60,229 nt of DNA from contig JAAYNY010000051.1 in NCBI GenBank assembly GCA_012520635.1, positions 1-60,229 on the forward strand. The letters run 5' to 3'. The notes under the pieces are model-generated. The model searched no databases and had not been told where the DNA came from. It saw nothing but the letters and a program-made list of their open reading frames with translations. The stretch comes from Clostridiales bacterium. GTDB lineage: Bacteria; Bacillota; Clostridia; Lachnospirales; Lachnospiraceae. Below, in pieces: positions 57,598 through 60,229 of the stretch; position 1 is the first letter of the stretch; every line of letters begins with the position of its first letter. The position numbers and the translations under genes are program-made.

Positions 57598-58290
57598 ATG
57601 AAAAGAGGTAAAAAGTATGTTAATGCTGCAAAGTTAGTTGACAAAACAGTTCAATATGATGCAGCAGAGGCAATAAGCTTAGTTAAACAAACAGCAACTG
57701 CCAAATTCGATGAAACAATTGAAGCGCACATTCGTCTAGGAGTTGACGGACGTCATGCTGAACAACAGGTTCGTGGAGCAGTAGTTCTTCCCCATGGAAC
57801 AGGAAAGGCAGTAAGAGTATTAGTATTTGCAAAAGGCGACAAGGTTGCAGAGGCAGAACAAGCTGGTGCAGACTATGTTGGAGGCGAAGAACTTATTCCT
57901 AAGATTCAAAATGAAGGATGGTTTGAGTTTGATGTTGTAGTTGCTACTCCTGACATGATGGGTGTAGTTGGACGTTTAGGTCGTGTTCTTGGACCAAAAG
58001 GTTTAATGCCTAATCCTAAAGCAGGTACTGTAACCATGGAAGTTGGTAAAGCTGTTCAGGATATTAAAGCAGGTAAGATTGAATACAGATTAGATAAGAC
58101 AAACATTATCCACGTTCCCCTTGGGAAAGCTTCCTTTACAGAAGAGCAGTTAAGTGATAACCTTAAGACTCTGATGGATGCAATCATTAAAGCAAGACCA
58201 TCATCTGCAAAGGGACAATATCTAAGAAGTGTTACAATAGCTTCTACCATGGGTCCTGGTGTAAAATTAAATACAGCAAAATTAAGCTAA
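57598..58290 (+). CDS. rplA: 50S ribosomal protein L1
   Basis: [26 protein letters not shown]. Confidence 0.99.
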   Translation: MKRGKKYVNAAKLVDKTVQYDAAEAISLVKQTATAKFDETIEAHIRLGVDGRHAEQQVRGAVVLPHGTGKAVRVLVFAKGDKVAEAEQAGADYVGGEELIPKIQNEGWFEFDVVVATPDMMGVVGRLGRVLGPKGLMPNPKAGTVTMEVGKAVQDIKAGKIEYRLDKTNIIHVPLGKASFTEEQLSDNLKTLMDAIIKARPSSAKGQYLRSVTIASTMGPGVKLNTAKLS

Positions 58291-58307
58291 TATATTGCAA
58301 TTGATGG

Positions 58308-58337
58308 TTGACATGTCAGATAAAGTCGTGTTATAAT
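58308..58337 (+). promoter_or_regulatory. sigA promoter of rplJL
   Basis: TTGACA-N18-TATAAT with TG extension. Confidence 0.75.
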
Positions 58338-58354
58338 TCCATTTGCAATAAATC

Positions 58355-58471
58355 AAATTGCCGAAGACAGTAGGTGCCGTAAGGCGTAAGGTGATACCGC
58401 CTACCGAGGAGAAGTTGGTTAATGATTTTTAATTATTACCTCTTTTTGCTTTGGCAAAAAGAGGTTTTTTT
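58355..58471 (+). ncRNA. L10 leader with attenuator terminator
   Basis: CCGAAGACAGTAGG...CCTACCGAGG core, then ACCTCTTTTTGC/GCAAAAAGAGGT and a U-tract. Confidence 0.88.
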
Positions 58472-58500
58472 ATTGACAAAGTATTAAAGGAGGTGTATGT

Positions 58501-58986
58501 ATGGCTAAGGTAGAATTAAAGCAACCTATAGTTGATGAAATCAAAGCATATACTAAGGATGCACAAGCTATAGTGTTAGTAGACTATCGTGGCTTAACAG
58601 TTGGAGAAGATACTGAGCTTCGTAAAAAGTTAAGAGAAGGCGGCGTGGTTTATAAAGTATACAAGAACACATTGTTGAACCTTGCTTTCAAGGGAACTGA
58701 GTATGAAGGGTTATTAAAAGATTTAGCGGGTCCCACAGCGGTAGCTTTCGGTCTTGATGATGCAACTGCTCCTGCTAGAATAATTAACGATATGGTAAAG
58801 AAAATGCCAAAGCTTGAGTTTAAGTCCGGTGTAGTAGATGGAACCTATTATGATCAAGATGGTATTAAGGTTATTGCAACAATTCCTTCAAGAGAAGAGC
58901 TTATTTCCAGATTACTTGGAAGTATGCAATCACCTATCACAAATCTTGCACGTGTACTTAAGCAGATTGCAGAAAAAGCAGCATAG
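58501..58986 (+). CDS. rplJ: 50S ribosomal protein L10
   Basis: DYRGLTV, VYKNTL, LAGPTA, PSREEL. Confidence 0.98.
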   Translation: MAKVELKQPIVDEIKAYTKDAQAIVLVDYRGLTVGEDTELRKKLREGGVVYKVYKNTLLNLAFKGTEYEGLLKDLAGPTAVAFGLDDATAPARIINDMVKKMPKLEFKSGVVDGTYYDQDGIKVIATIPSREELISRLLGSMQSPITNLARVLKQIAEKAA

Positions 58987-59076
58987 TTAAAGATAAATAA
59001 TTAGGACGTGAACCTAAAACAAAAAATAAACAGTAAGATGAGATTCTTATCAAACAATTTATGGAGGTAAAATAAT

Positions 59077-59457
59077 ATGACAACTCAAGAATTTATTGAG
59101 GCGATTAAAGGCCTTAGCGTATTAGAATTAAATGAATTAGTTAAAGCGTGTGAAGAAGAGTTTGGTGTATCTGCAGCAGCAGGTGTTGTAGTAGCAGCAG
59201 GTGGTGCAGCAGGTGGTGCAGCAGGTGGTGCAGCAGACGAAGAAAAATCTGAGTTTGATGTTGAGTTAACAGAAGTAGGACCTAACAAGGTTAAGGTTAT
59301 CAAAGTTGTTCGTGACATCACTGGCTTAGGATTAAAAGAAGCTAAAGAGCTTGTTGATGGAGCACCTAAGATGGTTAAGGAAGCAGCTGCTAAGGCAGAA
59401 GCTGATGACATCAAGGCTAAGTTAGAAGCTGAAGGTGCAAAGGTTACATTAAAGTAA
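59077..59457 (+). CDS. rplL: 50S ribosomal protein L7/L12
   Basis: [23 protein letters not shown]. Confidence 0.99.
   Translation: MTTQEFIEAIKGLSVLELNELVKACEEEFGVSAAAGVVVAAGGAAGGAAGGAADEEKSEFDVELTEVGPNKVKVIKVVRDITGLGLKEAKELVDGAPKMVKEAAAKAEADDIKAKLEAEGAKVTLK
59194..59235 (+). repeat. Perfect 12-bp tandem repeat in the L7/L12 hinge
   Basis: (GCAGCAGGTGGT)x3.5 encoding AAGG repeats. Confidence 0.9.
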
Positions 59458-59496
59458 TCATTAATTAAATCAAACTAATTGCAATACATTATAAAG

Positions 59497-59545
59497 AAGG
59501 CATCCGAGTTTACAGAGGTAATACTTAAACGGTGGATGCCTTTTT
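59497..59545 (+). terminator. Terminator after rplL
   Basis: AAGGCATCC...GGATGCCTTTTT. Confidence 0.65.
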
Positions 59546-59725
59546 AATTGCTAAGAAAATTGTAGACTTATTCAAGCAAAAATGTATGCAAATATAAAAT
59601 TAAAATTTTGGAAAAATGAAGAAAATAAGAAAAAGTGGTTATAATAGATATATATGACATTTAAATGTAGAATTTTAGGAATTGAATATATTATTCAAGA
59701 AAATAAAAAAGTCAACAACTTTTTG

Positions 59726-59754
59726 TTGACAGTTGTATTCAAGTATGGTAGTAT
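59726..59754 (+). promoter_or_regulatory. sigA promoter of rpoB
   Basis: TTGACA-N17-TAGTAT with TG extension. Confidence 0.7.
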
Positions 59755-59909
59755 GAAAAGTGCACTATTGTGGTGTTATATGCCTATTCAGTACTATTAT
59801 AGCATATAAAGATAAAAAAGAAAAGCTAATTTTACAAATCATAAGACTCTCTAAATTATTGTGGGAGTCTTATGTATACTTATTAAACTCAAGGGGTGAA
59901 AACGTCAAT

Positions 59910-60229
59910 ATGGATAGAAACAGAATGCATCCGGTCAAAGTTGGTAATAACATTAGAATAAGTTACTCCAAGCAAAAAGAAGTATTGGAGATGCCTAATC
60001 TAATTGAGGTTCAGAAGGATTCGTATCAATGGTTCCTTAATGAAGGTTTAAAAGAAATATTTGATGATATTTCTCCAATTACGGATTACGGCGGGCATCT
60101 GAGTCTAGAATTTGTAGACTTTACATTATGTGAAGATGACATAAAATACACTATAGAAGAATGTAAGGAAAGAGATGCAACCTATGCAGCTCCCTAAAAA
60201 GTTAAAGTCAGACTTCATAATAAGGAAAA
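59910..60229 (+). CDS. rpoB: RNA polymerase beta subunit, 5' part (in-frame TAA at 60195, probably a sequence error)
   Basis: MDRNRMHPV...[16 protein letters not shown]...[18 protein letters not shown]; conserved sequence continues in frame after the stop. Confidence 0.95.

Noticed and set aside
1005-59414. Numerous 60-140 aa ORFs antisense to or inside long genes (e.g. 1005-1259, 19051-19410, 51421-51810, 56459-56785, 59085-59414)
   Set aside because: Shadow frames of well-supported genes with no RBS or recognisable motifs
59760-59909. N-terminal extension of RpoB in the ORF track
   Set aside because: It begins at the predicted transcription start without an RBS; AGGGGTG precedes ATG 59910
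34257-60197. Stop-codon reassignment or pyrrolysine readthrough explaining the TAG in the regulator and the TAA in rpoB
   Set aside because: TAG and TAA end many conserved genes at their normal positions here (e.g. spoIIID, rplJ, rplK); the two lesions are different codons, each one substitution beside a homopolymer

Overview
AT-rich chromosomal window from a spore-forming, hemicellulolytic Clostridia bacterium. A Lachnospiraceae-like origin is inferred from protein style and gene order, not from a database search. Left to right it holds: (1) a partial Coat-F-like gene, an HxlR regulator with a CcdA-TlpA redox fusion, and MarR-DegV; (2) a ~22 kb glucuronoxylan/xylo-oligosaccharide locus: GH43, AraC, an unusual 7-gene uptake module (973-aa binding protein, four ABC permeases, NHL/TPR-YIP1 fusion, DUF5696-like lipoprotein), GH3, GH67, uxuA and uxuB-like; (3) YyaL, then a second sugar ABC system with a YesMN-like pair whose regulator has an in-frame TAG; (4) two tandem LysM-GH18 spore proteins that both lack the catalytic DxDxE motif; (5) trxA, superoxide reductase, Crp/Fnr and beta-CASP genes; (6) a convergent type II R-M pair; (7) a small island starting with a 109-bp decayed copy of the spoIIID 5' end, 1515 bp upstream of intact spoIIID; (8) rnfCDGEAB, an AraC regulator and an S8 protease; (9) rpmG-secE-nusG-rplKA-rplJL-rpoB'. 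A dispersed 42-bp REP-like repeat occurs at about 2.5 kb and 25.8 kb. No CRISPR array, tRNA, rRNA or intact integrase/transposase was seen. An in-frame TAA in essential rpoB warns of single-base sequence errors. All family names are by motif recognition, without database searches.
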